Source: Carpediemonas membranifera BICM (taxonomy: Eukaryota; Protista; Fornicata). From it: a DNA stretch of 64,000 bases. The position numbers and the translations under genes were made by a program. A model generated the notes under the pieces. The model saw only the letters and a list, made by a program, of their open reading frames with translations, ran no database searches and was not told where the DNA came from. How positions within the stretch are numbered: position 1 is the stretch's first letter; every line of letters starts with the position of its first letter. This document shows positions 46,699 through 58,848 of this stretch, piece after piece. The stretch spans positions 1,297,780 through 1,361,779 of the forward strand of contig JAHDYR010000012.1 in assembly GCA_019828565.1 (NCBI GenBank), written 5' to 3'.

Positions 46699-47769
46699 AT
46701 GAAGAAGGATGACGATGACGACGACCCAAAAGGGACTTACCCGAAGTATCTCCGGCACACTGCAGCCGACTGGGTGAGGTTCCGCATGAGCTACGCACTC
46801 TATGCTGAAGATGAGGTCAAGCCGAAGACCCTCTTCGAGTGCATCGACGCGAAAGTGAGAACAAGTATCAAGGACGCATACCAAGCTCTGGAGGACGACG
46901 AAAGCTCCGATGACAGCTCTGGCAGCTCGAGTGAAGACGACGAGGAGATGTTCAGCGCCAACGAGGGTAGCGACAGCAGCAGGGGCGGCGAAGACGCGCA
47001 CGCCCAGAGCGACTCCGAGGATGACGCCCGGAGCACACTCATCGCTAACCCGGCCCGGAAGAAGAAGACAAGCGGCAAGACGACCGCCCGGGACGACGCT
47101 TTGCTCCGGTACATCATGGCTCAAGACCAAGAGAAGAAGGAGGCGAAGACAACGAGGAGGAAGCGCGATGAGCGCTGGGTGGTGATGGCTGAGGCCACAC
47201 TAACCAATATCAGTCTTCAGCGCGCGTACCGCGAGCTTCGCAAGCTCCGTGAGACCTCTTTCACCCGTTACCGCCATGTGTTCACGGATATGGTAGATCT
47301 GTTCGAGAAGGTCGGATCCCTGGATGCTAGAGAGCTCCAGGAGATCGTTCTGGCGAGCCTCGATGACGAGACGATCGCATCGTCTCTTCGCTCTGTTGTT
47401 CTTTCCAAGTCAACAGTCGCGAAGTCGTTGAAGGTCATAGCAAAGTACCTACGGGCCCGAACAGATGCCATGCGAGAGTTTGACCTGGTGCCGAGCAGCC
47501 GGCTCGCGGCCCTACAGAAGCAGCTCGAGTCACTGCAGAGCAAGCCGAGAGAGGAGCGGAAGATGCCAGCGAGGACGGGAGAGCGCAGACGCAATGACGG
47601 CGCGGCCGAGGGGGCCAAGCCTGAGCGGCGGCAAGGGGGCCGCGGCTGCTTCAACTGCGGCGAAAAGGGTCACGACTCGGCCGACTGCCCACACGAGGAG
47701 CCGAAGTGCTTCAGGTGCGGCGAGTTCGGCCACAAGTCGCACCAGTGCACAGTTGTAAAAGCCATCTGA
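46699..47769 (+). CDS. gag: Gypsy-3 gag
   Basis: Two CCHC knuckles, CFNCGEKGHDSADC and CFRCGEFGHKSHQC. Confidence 0.92.
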   Translation: MKKDDDDDDPKGTYPKYLRHTAADWVRFRMSYALYAEDEVKPKTLFECIDAKVRTSIKDAYQALEDDESSDDSSGSSSEDDEEMFSANEGSDSSRGGEDAHAQSDSEDDARSTLIANPARKKKTSGKTTARDDALLRYIMAQDQEKKEAKTTRRKRDERWVVMAEATLTNISLQRAYRELRKLRETSFTRYRHVFTDMVDLFEKVGSLDARELQEIVLASLDDETIASSLRSVVLSKSTVAKSLKVIAKYLRARTDAMREFDLVPSSRLAALQKQLESLQSKPREERKMPARTGERRRNDGAAEGAKPERRQGGRGCFNCGEKGHDSADCPHEEPKCFRCGEFGHKSHQCTVVKAI

Positions 47770-50700
47770 GTATCCTTTCTGTTTTATGTTAGCGTCCAAG
47801 ACTATCTGGCAGGAGAAGGCCAGTCTGCTGGGCGAAGAGTTGATCGTCCGCATGGACACCTGCTCCTCGTTCAGCGTCGTGCCGAGGGACTGGGCCGTCG
47901 AGAAGGGACTGAAGATCGCCACGCGGGGCGAGACAGTCCGCTTGGCTGACGAGTCGATGAGGAGGGTCTACCGAGTGTTGTCAGATGTGCCGATCACCCT
48001 CCACCTCGACAGAGAGGTCACCGCGACGCCGACCTGGTATGCGATGGACAAGGCCGAGTCGTTCCTCATCAACATGGAGGTGATTGACTCCCTCGGCCTA
48101 ATCAACCGCAACCTTGACACCGAAGCAGACCCCATCCAGGTCATCTCCAAGCTCACAGAGGACTGGGCCGAGAGATACAGCGACTGCTTCGGCGATGCAG
48201 GCGAACCAGCAGACCTTAAGCCGTTCAAGGTCACGCTGAAGAAGGACGCCCGACCCTACTTCCGTCTGCCCCGAAGGTTCCCAAGACAGGTGGAGGATGA
48301 ACTCCGGTCAGAGATGCAGAAGCTGGAGGAAAGCGGGATCATCATCCCAACCAAGTCTCCCTGGAGCAGCTCAGTGGTCATGGTGCGGAAGAAGGCCGGG
48401 ACGTGGCGGCCGTGCATGGACTACTCGCCACTGAACGAGCTCCTGGCGTCCATGACTCAGCACGACTTGCCGTCGACGGAAGAGCTGATCGAGAGGCTGA
48501 GGGGCAACAAGTACTTCGCAGCACTTGACCTCAGCAAGGCCTTCCATCAGGTCCCGGTGCACCCCGACACACAGGAGTACCTGGCGTTCACGTACTCCAA
48601 GGGGCACTATACCTACACTACGATGCCGTTCGGCCTTGCCACCGCGGCTGGCCATATGCAAGAGGCCTTAGAGGAGGCTTTCGCGGACATGCTGGGCACG
48701 GCGTGTCTTGTGTACGTGGACGACATCATCGTCTATGGGTCGACCTGGGAAGAGTACCAGGCGAACCTGATGCGGGTGATGGACCGGGTGCGAGAGAAGA
48801 AGCTGAAGCTCAACAAGAACAAGTGCTTTTTCGGGTTGACGGAGGTGGAGTACCTCGGATGGATAGTGTCGGCGGAGGGAAAGCGCATCCCCCATGGCGC
48901 GTCCAGGGTGTCCAGGAGCTGCCCGACCCGACAAACGTGAGTGACGTCAGGTCCACATTGGGCATCTTCAACTTCTTCTCCCAGTTCATCCCCGGCTACG
49001 CGGACATCACCGAGCCGATCCGCAAGCTGGAGATCAAGGGCCAGACGTTCGTGTGGGGCGACCCCCAGAGAGAGGCGTTCAAGAGACTGAAGAAGATCGT
49101 CACCTCCCCCACACTGTTGGTCACACCGGGCCCTGACGACCGCCTACAGCTGTTCACCGACGCGTCCGACACCGGTGTCGGCGCAGTGCTGGTCAGAGTC
49201 GAGGACGACGGGTCGAAGCGACCTGTGATGTTCTTCTCCAAGGCCCTGACAGCAAGCCAGCGCAAGTGGAGCACCTACCGCAAGGAGGCATTCGCCATCA
49301 TAGCGGCCACGAGGAAGATGAGACGGTTCCTAGCCACAAGGGAGTTTGAGATGTTCACGGACCACCGTAACCTCGTGTACACGTGGGGCAACGTCGACCC
49401 CATGGTGCAGCGCTGGGCACTTGAGCTGGGCAACCTCAAGTTCAGCATCACCCACGTGCCTGGTAAGTCTAATACGGTCGCGGACGGCCTGTCCAGAATG
49501 CCCCGCGCAGAAGCCGAGAGCCTGACACCAGAGCAGCAGGGTGCGATCGTGTCCGTGATGTGTGCAGTCGACGCAGCGGAGGAAGAGTCGGAAGAAGTCG
49601 CCGCCGACGAGCCGAGAGTTCGGTTCCGCGAAGAGGCGGCAGGACAGCCTGACCGCGAGCGCGACGAGGCAGACGAAAGCGACACCGAGGAAGCAGCCGG
49701 GACAGACGAGGGCGACACCCTTGACGCCGAGCCCGAAGAGGAGGGCACGTTCCCGGCCATACCCGAGTCCCAGAAGCTGCCACGCTTCAAGTCCGTTCAC
49801 GGACCTGGCACCGGTCACCACGGGGTTGACCAGACGCTGTGGAAGCTCGAGGATAAGGGATTGCGCTGGGACACTGCGGACACGGACGTCCAGAGGATGG
49901 TTAAGGAGTGCCCCGTGTGCCAGAAGAACGCCGAACACCGGTCACGCGAGCAATATCAGGAGCAGCTGCGCATGCCAGCGTCGCCGTTCAGTCGCGTGTT
50001 CGCCGACACCATCAACATGGCAGAGGCAGACCAGGGTTACCGGTACATCCTGGTGCTGGTGGAGGAGTCGACGAGGTGGGTCACCCTGTGCCCACTGAAG
50101 ACGGTGACCTCCGCCGCCACCATCAGAGCAATCAGGGAAAGATACCTCACACACTTCCCGCCCCCGGTCGAGTGGGTGACCGATAGCGGACGGCAGTTCG
50201 ACTCGAAGGAGTTCAAGTCGTTCGCGGCAGAGCTAGGCGGGGGCGCGAAGACGACCACCCCGTACCATCACGAGGAGAATGGGATCGTTGAGCGCAGGAA
50301 TCGCGAAGTGAACCGCCACCTCAGGGACGAGATGCATCAGCGCGGCACGAAGCAATGGATGGGCCTACTGCCAGCGGTTCAGAACATCATCAACCAGGCT
50401 AGATCTGCCACGACAGGCACGTCACCCTGGAAGCTAGTGGTGTCCACAGAGCGGGAAGGGAAGATGACACTGTCGAACCAGGAGAGAGCCGACGTTACGG
50501 ACGTCATTGACAAGATGGTCCGGAACGAGAAGATGAGAGCTCAACAGCGCAGGGACGCGGCGAAGAAGACGTACGACGCGGCCAAGGCCAGACAGGACAA
50601 GCACAACAAGAGGACACCGACCCGTATCACAGCCAAGGCGTGGGTCATGGTCGACAGGGATGCAGAACAGAGAGGGAAGTACCAGCTACGATGGAGAGGC

Positions 50701-51120
50701 CCACTTCAGGTGGTCAAGAAGGCACCTGGAAACGCCAGCTCGTTCGTGATAAGGGACCCCGAGACGAACAAGACGTATAAGAAGCACGTGAAGCATCTGA
50801 AGCTCGCAGAAGGCGACTGGGATGAGGAGAAGGCGAAGGCAGAATGCGCCAAGGACCGTATGCACACGTATATCAAAGAGATCGTCACGCACAGGATCAA
50901 GAAGGACGTGATGAAGACGCCAGAGGTGAAGGTGCGCTGGTTAGGATACGAACCAGCAGACGACACGTGGAGAAACCCAACAGACGAGGATATGAGAGGC
51001 AATGCGATACTTCAGCAGTACCTGCAGGTGAATACACCCCTAGAGGAAGCCATGAAGCGGTTTGATGATTTGAAGCTCAGAATGTCGGCCCGCCAATCAA
51101 ATGGCACTCGGCAGGATTAG
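47759..51120 (+). CDS. pol: Gypsy-3 pol (PR, RT, RNase H, IN, chromodomain); frameshift at the C5 run ~48890
   Basis: MDTCSS, WRPCMDY, YVDD, FTDAS, TDHRNL, HHCC, TDSGRQF, VERRN, YIKEIVTH...VKVRWLGYEPADDTW. Confidence 0.95.
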
Positions 51121-51269
51121 ACATCGCATTGAAGGAGGGGGGGTAGTGATGCATTCAAATCCCCTAGTTTGGACCATTTACACCACCACGGGTCTAAACC
51201 TCCTCAGTAAACACATTGTTTGACCCTTCAATAGCACAGATTTGCCGCAGGTTTGTCGCAGTTTCAAGA

Positions 51270-52058
51270 ATGGCGCCTTTGGAGATCTCAGTATCGAGTA
51301 AAAACCGCGATGACATAGCAATAGCTGGTCACAAGTTGGTTGCGCGCGATGATTCGCGGTTATTTGTTCTGAAAATGCTCGCTATCGACAGTGAAAGGAC
51401 TTTCTTCGAGAAAATCCTACCCGAGAGCTCACTCGCGGAATATTGCCCTGAATACTATGGTGTATATCACAAAAATGCTGATGGCAAGTTTATCAGTGGC
51501 GAACCACCGGCGGGTTCCACCGCGAAGCCCTTCATCTGCATGTCGAATCTCTTCCGCGGAATGGAACGTCCCAACGCGATTGAGCTCAAGATGGGCGTCA
51601 TCCAGCACCGCCAGACTGCCTCGGAGTCAAAGATGGCGAAATCAGTGAAGAAGTGCAAGGCGACGACTTCTTGGGAACTCGGCTTCAGGGTCAACGGAAC
51701 ACTCAAGACCTTGGCGGACGGCTATGTGGAAAAGAAATCCAAGTTCGTGGGCCGGGATCTGAAGAAGGAGGACCTTCCTTCCTTCTTCAAGACCTTCTTT
51801 GCCGATGCGTCGGAGGAACAACTTGCAACTATTCGTGACCAGGTCAACGGGCTGCTGGACGTGATGTCTGGGCCGCGGGGTGCCGGGCACCGTTTCATCA
51901 GCACATCCCTCCTGATGTGCTTCGACTCTGGCGCGGGTGGCGTCAGCAGGATCGGGATGATCGATTTTCCGCACATTGAGGTGATCAACGGCATTGACGA
52001 GGGATATGTCAAGGGCCTCCGGAGTCTGGCCGAGCTCTTGGACCATGTCCGCGATTGA
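51270..52058 (+). CDS. Inositol polyphosphate kinase (IPK/IPMK family)
   Basis: AGH, CPEYYG, PNAIELKMG (PxxxDxKxG variant), LGFRVNG, STSLL, MIDF, DEGYVKGL. Confidence 0.88.
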   Translation: MAPLEISVSSKNRDDIAIAGHKLVARDDSRLFVLKMLAIDSERTFFEKILPESSLAEYCPEYYGVYHKNADGKFISGEPPAGSTAKPFICMSNLFRGMERPNAIELKMGVIQHRQTASESKMAKSVKKCKATTSWELGFRVNGTLKTLADGYVEKKSKFVGRDLKKEDLPSFFKTFFADASEEQLATIRDQVNGLLDVMSGPRGAGHRFISTSLLMCFDSGAGGVSRIGMIDFPHIEVINGIDEGYVKGLRSLAELLDHVRD

Positions 52059-52623
52059 ACGCAGAGGTCCTGATCGACATATAATAGAATCACGGCGGGC
52101 GGGTTATGCGGTGGGGTTGTTCGTTTGAGTACTACTAATACATCGCGCGAGCTCTGTTGCGGGCTGGGAGTGGGTGCACTTTGTGGCACTCATCCATCAT
52201 CATGGGAAACACACCACCTAGCGGTGACGGAAGTGAATTTAACATTACCGGGAATGTCACGCTCGTCAGCGGAAACCGTGGGACCTCTGAGTCGCGGTTC
52301 TTCGCCTCTGACTCCCTGTAGATGACGACTGTTTTAAAGGAGCGTGCCCAGGACATATTTGGATAACAAGAGGGTTGAATATACTGTAGATATAGGTTCT
52401 GTACGCCTTTATCCAAGAAAGAATCGTCGAGCTCGTCTTTTCAGATCAGCTCGCCGTCTTCCTCAAGCTGGAGACCTCATGCTGCCTGTCCTTGGCACTG
52501 CCTCACCAGCGAATGATGCCCCTGGTTCAAGAAAGGGGACGTCCAAGTCTGGCGGGGTGTGGTTTGGGATGAGAGCTCTCTGATAAGCTCGCAGATAGCC
52601 AAGCAACGGCCACTGCCATAAAT

Positions 52624-54706
52624 TTACAACCCCTGTACTGTCGCCACGAACTTCTTCCCGTCCACCTGCCCGAGCGCCGTCCGCAGACGCAGTGACACGT
52701 CCGGCCGCCTCTCGGCAGCGTAGACCTGGACCACCGCCTGCATCAACGCATTCACCCCTTTGAGCCGCTCCAGCAGCAGCCCGTGGTGACCAACCCGGAC
52801 CCCATGGGAGGCAACCATGTTCCGCTGCTCGGCCCGCACCTCGAAGAACCGGTTGGCGATGTTGTCGTAGTCCTTGGTCTGAATGGCGTCCTCGGCAAGA
52901 ACGCTCACGGCCTTGAGATTGTTGGCGCCCTCAGTGGCTTCAGCAACCAACTGGGAGCGGCGCATCTGCATTTCTTTGATTTCTGAGATCATGCCAGAGA
53001 TTCTGTCGGACACAGTCGTATCTAAATGAATCACTGGATCTCCGATTGCTCTGTATCTCGAAATGGCAGCAATAACCTCCAGTAACGATGGAACGAACGC
53101 GCTGAGCTTGAACACAAGCTTACTGCCGTGGGCCTCGATGAGGATGGTCTCGTCGCCGACATCGAACCCGAACACCGTGACCTGCTCGCGGGAATACGTC
53201 TCGTCCACGATCTTTGGATCTATAACCATTGATCTGATCAAATCTGCCAGATCCTGGACCGCCAGGCTGAGTGGGAATGTCACCGACGGCCCCCGCATTG
53301 ACCCGTACAGCGTCTCCACGCGCCTCCTGCCGCCCCTCAGGGTCAGTGTGGCCAGCTCGGGCAGCTTCAGCTTGCTGTTGACCGCGACCCCGGCACCCAA
53401 GCCGGTGGGCACGACGACGGACTCGACTGTGACCTCGACCGCCCTCTTCTCCGGCTTGATCGGCACAGCGACTACCCTGGCTGGTTTCCGGGGAGAGTGG
53501 AGGACTGGCGACCCTAGGCCTGTGATGGACACCATGGCCACGTCCGTTCCAGCAACTGTCGCCTCGACTCTGACTGCCAGAGTCGGGGTGTGAGTCAGAG
53601 TGACCTTGACGGGGACGCTGCCCGTCAGCTCGGCCAGCTTGGACCGGCCGTCGGTGGTGCTGCGGCTCTCAGTGAGGCTGGCTATCGACGTCTGAAGCAG
53701 ACGCTGGGCGGCGAGCAGCTCGGCCAGCTCCTTCTCCTCGGAGACCTCGGCCTTGGACTCTTGGGTCGGCAGCCCGATCACCGTAGCGCACTCAAAGCAC
53801 ACGAGGAGCTCAATACCGGACTTCCGGTAATTTGAAACAATCAAATCGACCAGTTTCCCGGCATTCGCCTTGACCATCCAAGACCCGGCGACTTCGCCCG
53901 AGTCGGGGTGGTGGGCGGTAAGGAGGCCGCTGTCCCGCCCCACGATTACATGGCTTACCCCATTGGCAAATATATCGAACGACGCTACGGCTGCGACCCT
54001 CCCGACGACGGGGATGGTCCAGATCGGGTCCTCGGAGCCAGGGGGGAAGAGGCTGACTGTCCCGCCGCCCATGGCTGCTATGAACCCGCCGTCTGCCCTC
54101 GGGTCGAGCGCTATGATCGGGCTTGTGAGCTGGATGTCGGCTGTCATGTCGATGTCGCGGTAGAGCTTGATCGTGCGGTCGGCAGCGGCAACAAGTGTCA
54201 TGGGCGCTGAGCCGGGCAGGGTACAGACGTCCACGACCTCATCTGACGCGACAGTCCACATGAACTGGTCGCCGGACGCCTGGAAGCCCTGGAGAATGTA
54301 TGCCCCGCCGACCATGACCGAGTCCCCGGCCTGGGTCGTGGCCATTGCCATGCAGCCCTCACTGACAGCCGTGCTGAACATCTGCTTGTTGTCCTGCGCA
54401 TCGTAACCGATGATGGCGCTCTCAGAGGCGAGGAACAGGATGTCGTGGTCTCCGCAGCGCATGGGGCAGACGCGGGAGCACGCCTGGGGGATAACCAGGC
54501 TAGAAACTGGGTTTCCTGTCGCAAAGGGATCATGAAGAATGACTGTAGTCCCGTCAACTGCAGCCAGGCTCGGAGTTTTCCCGAAATCTGTGTGAACCGA
54601 GGTCAGAACGAAACGTACACTTGCCGATTGATACAGCTCCCCTCTTTAGCTTGATAGAGTGCTTTAGGTTAATGGTATATGAGCAAATAGGCTCTTGCTC
54701 CGTCAT
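52624..54706 (-). CDS. BBS2: Bardet-Biedl syndrome 2 protein (probable short intron ~54588-54618)
   Basis: YDAQDNKQMF...VGGAYILQGF..SGDQFMWTV.SDEV and C-terminal LAEDA coiled coil; N-terminal exon INLKH...VSIGK. Confidence 0.8.
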
Positions 54707-55022
54707 GTGAAAGTGAAGCGAAGCTCGCTCGAACTTGAGCTCATCATCAGATTGCTGGCCTCGGCCCCAAGTCATCTTCAGTCGGCCCGGGTCCCAGTCA
54801 TAGCCATGATGCCCTCCTCATGGGGGCCGTTCCTAGCCAGCTCGACACCCATGGTGGATGCCGGCGAAGTAGCCCAAGAGCCGTCGCCCAAGACGATGTG
54901 GCCTTGGTATGTGCCCTACACACATGCTGTCTTAGCGTCCAAAGTCTCTGCCTGCCCGGTCTTCCGGCCCGACTGACCGACTGTGAAGACGCAAGAACAA
55001 CATTGATCTTGAAGGCAGTGCC

Positions 55023-55862
55023 ATGTGTGAATTCCCATTCCGCGTTCCACCACTATTCGATGGGCAAGAAATCCTCCGCATCACATCAGAGCAGTTCAGG
55101 GAGCTCCCGCGGCTCTCCGATAAGAAGGCGAACCTCACTGCCATCATCAACCGCCTAGGAGAGCTATCCGCCATCGCACAGGATCTCCCAGCCATCATTA
55201 CCACGGTAGGAAAGTTCTCCGCGTCCAACCAGACGCTCTTCTTGATCCACGACGGCCATGCCGTGACGGGGCTGCTCAAAATCGGGGTCAAGAAGCTGTT
55301 CCTCTACGACGGAGCACAGGTCATCCACGAGATGTCGCCCATGTGTATCCTGGACTTCTACGTCAGCGAGAAGTTCCAGCGGCGTGGCATTGGCCGGCGA
55401 CTATTTGACGCCGCCCTGATCTACACCAACATCTCGCCCCATAGGTTCGCCATCGACAGGCCATCGCCCAAGCTGATCGGGTTCTATGCCAAGCACTTTG
55501 GCCTGAAGTCCTACATGCCCCAGAACAACTCGTACGTCGTCTTCGAGGACTTCTTCAACCCGACCAGCCCCGTCAAGCCCAAGCCTGCGCCGTTCATCAC
55601 AGAGCATGTCAGGACCGAGACACCGAGCGTCGAACACCAGCAGCCCGTGGTGCAGGAGGACCCTGTGGAGGAAAGGGGGCCCGTGGCGTGTGATGCAGGT
55701 CAGGGCGGGGGGCATCAGGAGCGTGTCCCGACCACCGAGCCAGAGCAGGAGCCAGCACCCGTTGGACGGGCTGGTGAGGACCTGATGGCGATGCAGCGGA
55801 GGCTGAACGCAACGACGTACGACTACATGCGGCGGAACACCACGCTGGGCCGCCACTACTGA
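55023..55862 (+). CDS. ATAT1: Alpha-tubulin N-acetyltransferase
   Basis: SAIAQDL..IIT, GLLKIGVKKLF, CILDFYVSEKFQRRGIG, AIDRPSPKL, QNNSYVVF. Confidence 0.95.
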   Translation: MCEFPFRVPPLFDGQEILRITSEQFRELPRLSDKKANLTAIINRLGELSAIAQDLPAIITTVGKFSASNQTLFLIHDGHAVTGLLKIGVKKLFLYDGAQVIHEMSPMCILDFYVSEKFQRRGIGRRLFDAALIYTNISPHRFAIDRPSPKLIGFYAKHFGLKSYMPQNNSYVVFEDFFNPTSPVKPKPAPFITEHVRTETPSVEHQQPVVQEDPVEERGPVACDAGQGGGHQERVPTTEPEQEPAPVGRAGEDLMAMQRRLNATTYDYMRRNTTLGRHY

Positions 55863-56129
55863 TAAAATAGCACTTTATGCATGCGGTATACGCAGTTTTC
55901 AGACAAGTAACAAACTGACCTCATTCACATTCACTTCAGTGTCCGGTGGTCGACTCTGCAACGAGGAGATCGGGACATACGCCCTCGTCCAATCATATGT
56001 TCTTGGTGCACCCAAGTGGAGGGGTGGCTCCGGCAACCTCCTTTGGCCCTTGTTCGTCTTTGTTCGTCACACGGTAAAACTGCGTGAAATTGTTCATACT
56101 ACGCGTCATCCACGATTGCAAAGGCTCAA

Positions 56130-57584
56130 ATGCCACCGCGAAAAGGAGTTATGAAGACTACAGATTCTATATCCCCGTCAGGCCATCTTTCCTCTTCAGA
56201 GGCAACTGATCCCCAACAGAGGAGAGCAGCTCTAGGCCCCACAGAACGTGCACCATCCTCTCCGCCCCCAGAACGCATGAGCACTGGTCCGATGCAGACG
56301 CTTCTTCAGCTATGTGCCGAGGCAGCCGCCGATCTCTCTGCCATGTCCTCTCTGACGACCCGTAAGGCCACCAAGCAGAGGGAACCAGTGGAGGCCCCGC
56401 CCACGGTCACTAGACGCCCACCGATAGTTGGCCCGGGCCTCTCTTCGCTCACGTCTGCCGTCTCCCTGGACCTGAAGTCCCACCCTGAACAACACCGGCC
56501 CCCCATCGTCGGGCCCGGTATCAGTGCCATAGCATCGATGGACAAGTCCTCGTTCGTCGACTCTACTAAGGCTAATCAAAAGATGCGCCAACAGCTCCAC
56601 CGGAAGCTTGAGAAGGAGACGTGGACCGGCATTCTCGACGCCCTGGACATCCCCCGCAAACTCCCATCCTTCAACTCTCTCGTCAAGTGGCAGCAGCACA
56701 TCGTCCTGGCCGAGTTCCTGGCCCACAGGTCGGCGGAGATTCACCCTGAGCGCGGTGCCCTCGCTCGGTTCAATCCCATGATGGCCTGGCTGGTCGGGCC
56801 CCATACTGTCGTGAGCGACGCCATCTGCCTCTCGTTTTGCCGGATCAGGTATCAGCAGCCCTTGATGGGCGGTCGCTGCCCGTTCGAAGAGGACATTGGT
56901 TTCGCCCAACAGATCAAGGCGGTGGCAATGGGTGTCGACTCATTGACCCCGAATGCCACCCGACTCCGTTTCAGTCGGCTCCTGGTCAGCTTTGCCTTCT
57001 CCCTCGCGGAGCCCCAGTTCGCTGGAGGCCGGGGACTGTTTCGGAGCGGCAAGGCGGAGCTGAGGTCTGTTGAGTACAGCGGCATGCTGAACTACGTCTC
57101 CGAGTATGTCACCACGGGCACGGTCAAGACAGTCAGCGGGGCCCCCCTCAACCCGGGTGTCTCGGGCCAGAGCTGCGACCCCAAGTACGCCAAGTTCCTC
57201 GCTGACAAGTACCCCGTGGACTTTGGCACCGGGGCCGAGACCGAGGATGGCCGGTGGGGCTGGGGCTTGGACAAGAGCGTGCAGGACCGGGAGGTGAAGT
57301 CGAAGTCGAGTCATGCCGCTATCCGGCGGGCTGTCGACTTTGTCGCCGCAAGCGACTCCGGCCAGGGTCTCTTTTCTTTTGTATCCCAGAAACGCGACTG
57401 CTCACCCGTTCTTGTCGCCAGGTCCGACTCCCCACAAACCCCGAGCCCGGTGTCGGCCCACCAGGAGCCCAGGCGGCCGTTCGGCATGAGGATGAAGCGC
57501 CGCGAGGGCGGGTCCGACTGGGTCATCCACGCGGAGAACGTGGCCGAGGCAGCCATGAGGGCTCTCGTGCCCAGGACGGGTTGA
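56130..57584 (+). CDS. Hypothetical protein (484 aa)
   Basis: Long ATG-started ORF with an internal RPPIVGPG repeat; no family recognised. Confidence 0.65.
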   Translation: MPPRKGVMKTTDSISPSGHLSSSEATDPQQRRAALGPTERAPSSPPPERMSTGPMQTLLQLCAEAAADLSAMSSLTTRKATKQREPVEAPPTVTRRPPIVGPGLSSLTSAVSLDLKSHPEQHRPPIVGPGISAIASMDKSSFVDSTKANQKMRQQLHRKLEKETWTGILDALDIPRKLPSFNSLVKWQQHIVLAEFLAHRSAEIHPERGALARFNPMMAWLVGPHTVVSDAICLSFCRIRYQQPLMGGRCPFEEDIGFAQQIKAVAMGVDSLTPNATRLRFSRLLVSFAFSLAEPQFAGGRGLFRSGKAELRSVEYSGMLNYVSEYVTTGTVKTVSGAPLNPGVSGQSCDPKYAKFLADKYPVDFGTGAETEDGRWGWGLDKSVQDREVKSKSSHAAIRRAVDFVAASDSGQGLFSFVSQKRDCSPVLVARSDSPQTPSPVSAHQEPRRPFGMRMKRREGGSDWVIHAENVAEAAMRALVPRTG

Positions 57585-58029
57585 TCATGGCAGCGCGGAA
57601 TGCAGATGTGTTGCCAATTTGTTGTTGTCACCCTGACGACAGCATCCTTATTCTTGTTATCTATGGGAACAAATCGATGATAAATTGAATGGCCTGCACA
57701 CTTCCCCATGAGCCCGGTCCCAGCTGGGTCGGCACATGAGAATCGGGGGGGCATCGCCAACAATCCGTGCCCGCACCAAAACAATGAGAGCACCCCATCC
57801 AGCTCGGCCACTTCCTCGCTGGTCGACCTAATCTCGCTCGCCGGCCTCGTTCGTGCCGGGGTTGATCGCTGAATCCTTCATTTCAACTCTGGCGCAGTTT
57901 TGCGCGGTCCCCCAAGTGCTATTGAAGGGTCAAACAATGTGTTTACACTGCGCAACACTGCCCTGTCTCCCTCCTACTCACGTCTTAAGTCGGTAGGGAG
58001 ATCGTCTTCTCCAGGGCTTCCACAAAGCG

Positions 58030-58730
58030 TCTTCTTCGTGGCCCGGCTCGCGGTTGAATGCTATGCGCAGCGCCGGCAACTCCCCCTACATGACGCCGAC
58101 TTCCACAAAGGACTGCTCACTCATGTACGCGGCGGTCATCCGGGTCAGGCCTACGCGGCCATCGTGCAGTCGCTCGACACTCTGCCGATGTGGCGGGAGA
58201 CTACCACGCAGGATCTGGTCGCGTAGCTCGAAGGTCGTGCGGAGTCGCATGGAGTGAGTCCCAGTCTCCGGAAGTGGTTCATCCGATACGCCAACTCTGT
58301 GAAGCTGTGGTTCATTCCTTGCGCGCCATATCGAAAGTTCGCGAGAGAGATAGTACCCCTTCTCAAGGGGTATAACATTGTCGTCGATCTTAACATGGTT
58401 AACGAGGACCGCACCACCGTCGTCTGCCCTCACTGCCACGCCCCCTACAAGCGAGTTCGTCCGCGTGATGACCAGCACGTTCACCCACATCGTGTGATGC
58501 TCTGCGAAAATCCACAGTGCCGTGGTGCTCAGTGGCGCGCAACAGTTCCTGATGCTCTGAATGTTGATCATCGGGACAAGAGTGCTGCAGAGAACATCCT
58601 GTGGCGTTCTCTTGCCACGGAAGATGAGCTCAGTGGCTCTCCGTTCAGTCGCACATCGATCCCGCGCCTTCCAACATCATTCCAGTATCATCAATTGGCT
58701 AACCGCCAACATTCGTCTACGGACGGATGA
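58030..58730 (+). pseudogene. Fanzor/TnpB-like nuclease C-terminal remnant
   Basis: VNEDRTTVVCPHC...CENPQC...HRDKSAAENIL (RuvC-II Glu, zinc finger, RuvC-III Asp); in-frame stop at 58224-58226; no RuvC-I seen. Confidence 0.8.
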
Positions 58731-58848
58731 TGTTGTGCAGTTTGGCACTTTGATCGTTCCTTTCAGGCCCTGTCTGGGAGGTTCGAACAAGGTGTTTATA
58801 CTGCGCAACACCCCAAGCCGATTGCGCCATCACAAAGAATTGCCATCC

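Larger units (their letters stand above)
46594..51238 (+). mobile_element. Ty3/Gypsy LTR retrotransposon 3 (92-bp LTRs, 5-bp TSD GATTT)
   Basis: Identical LTRs 46594-46685 and 51147-51238; TSD at 46589-46593 and 51239-51243; PPT GAAGGAGGGGGGGTAG. Confidence 0.97.

Noticed and set aside
3200-48900. Frameshifts as real pseudogenisation or programmed recoding
   Set aside because: Those I could map fall in homopolymer runs (3207, 24868, 28661, 48890), and the conserved host gene BBS5 is also frameshifted, so sequencing error is more likely.
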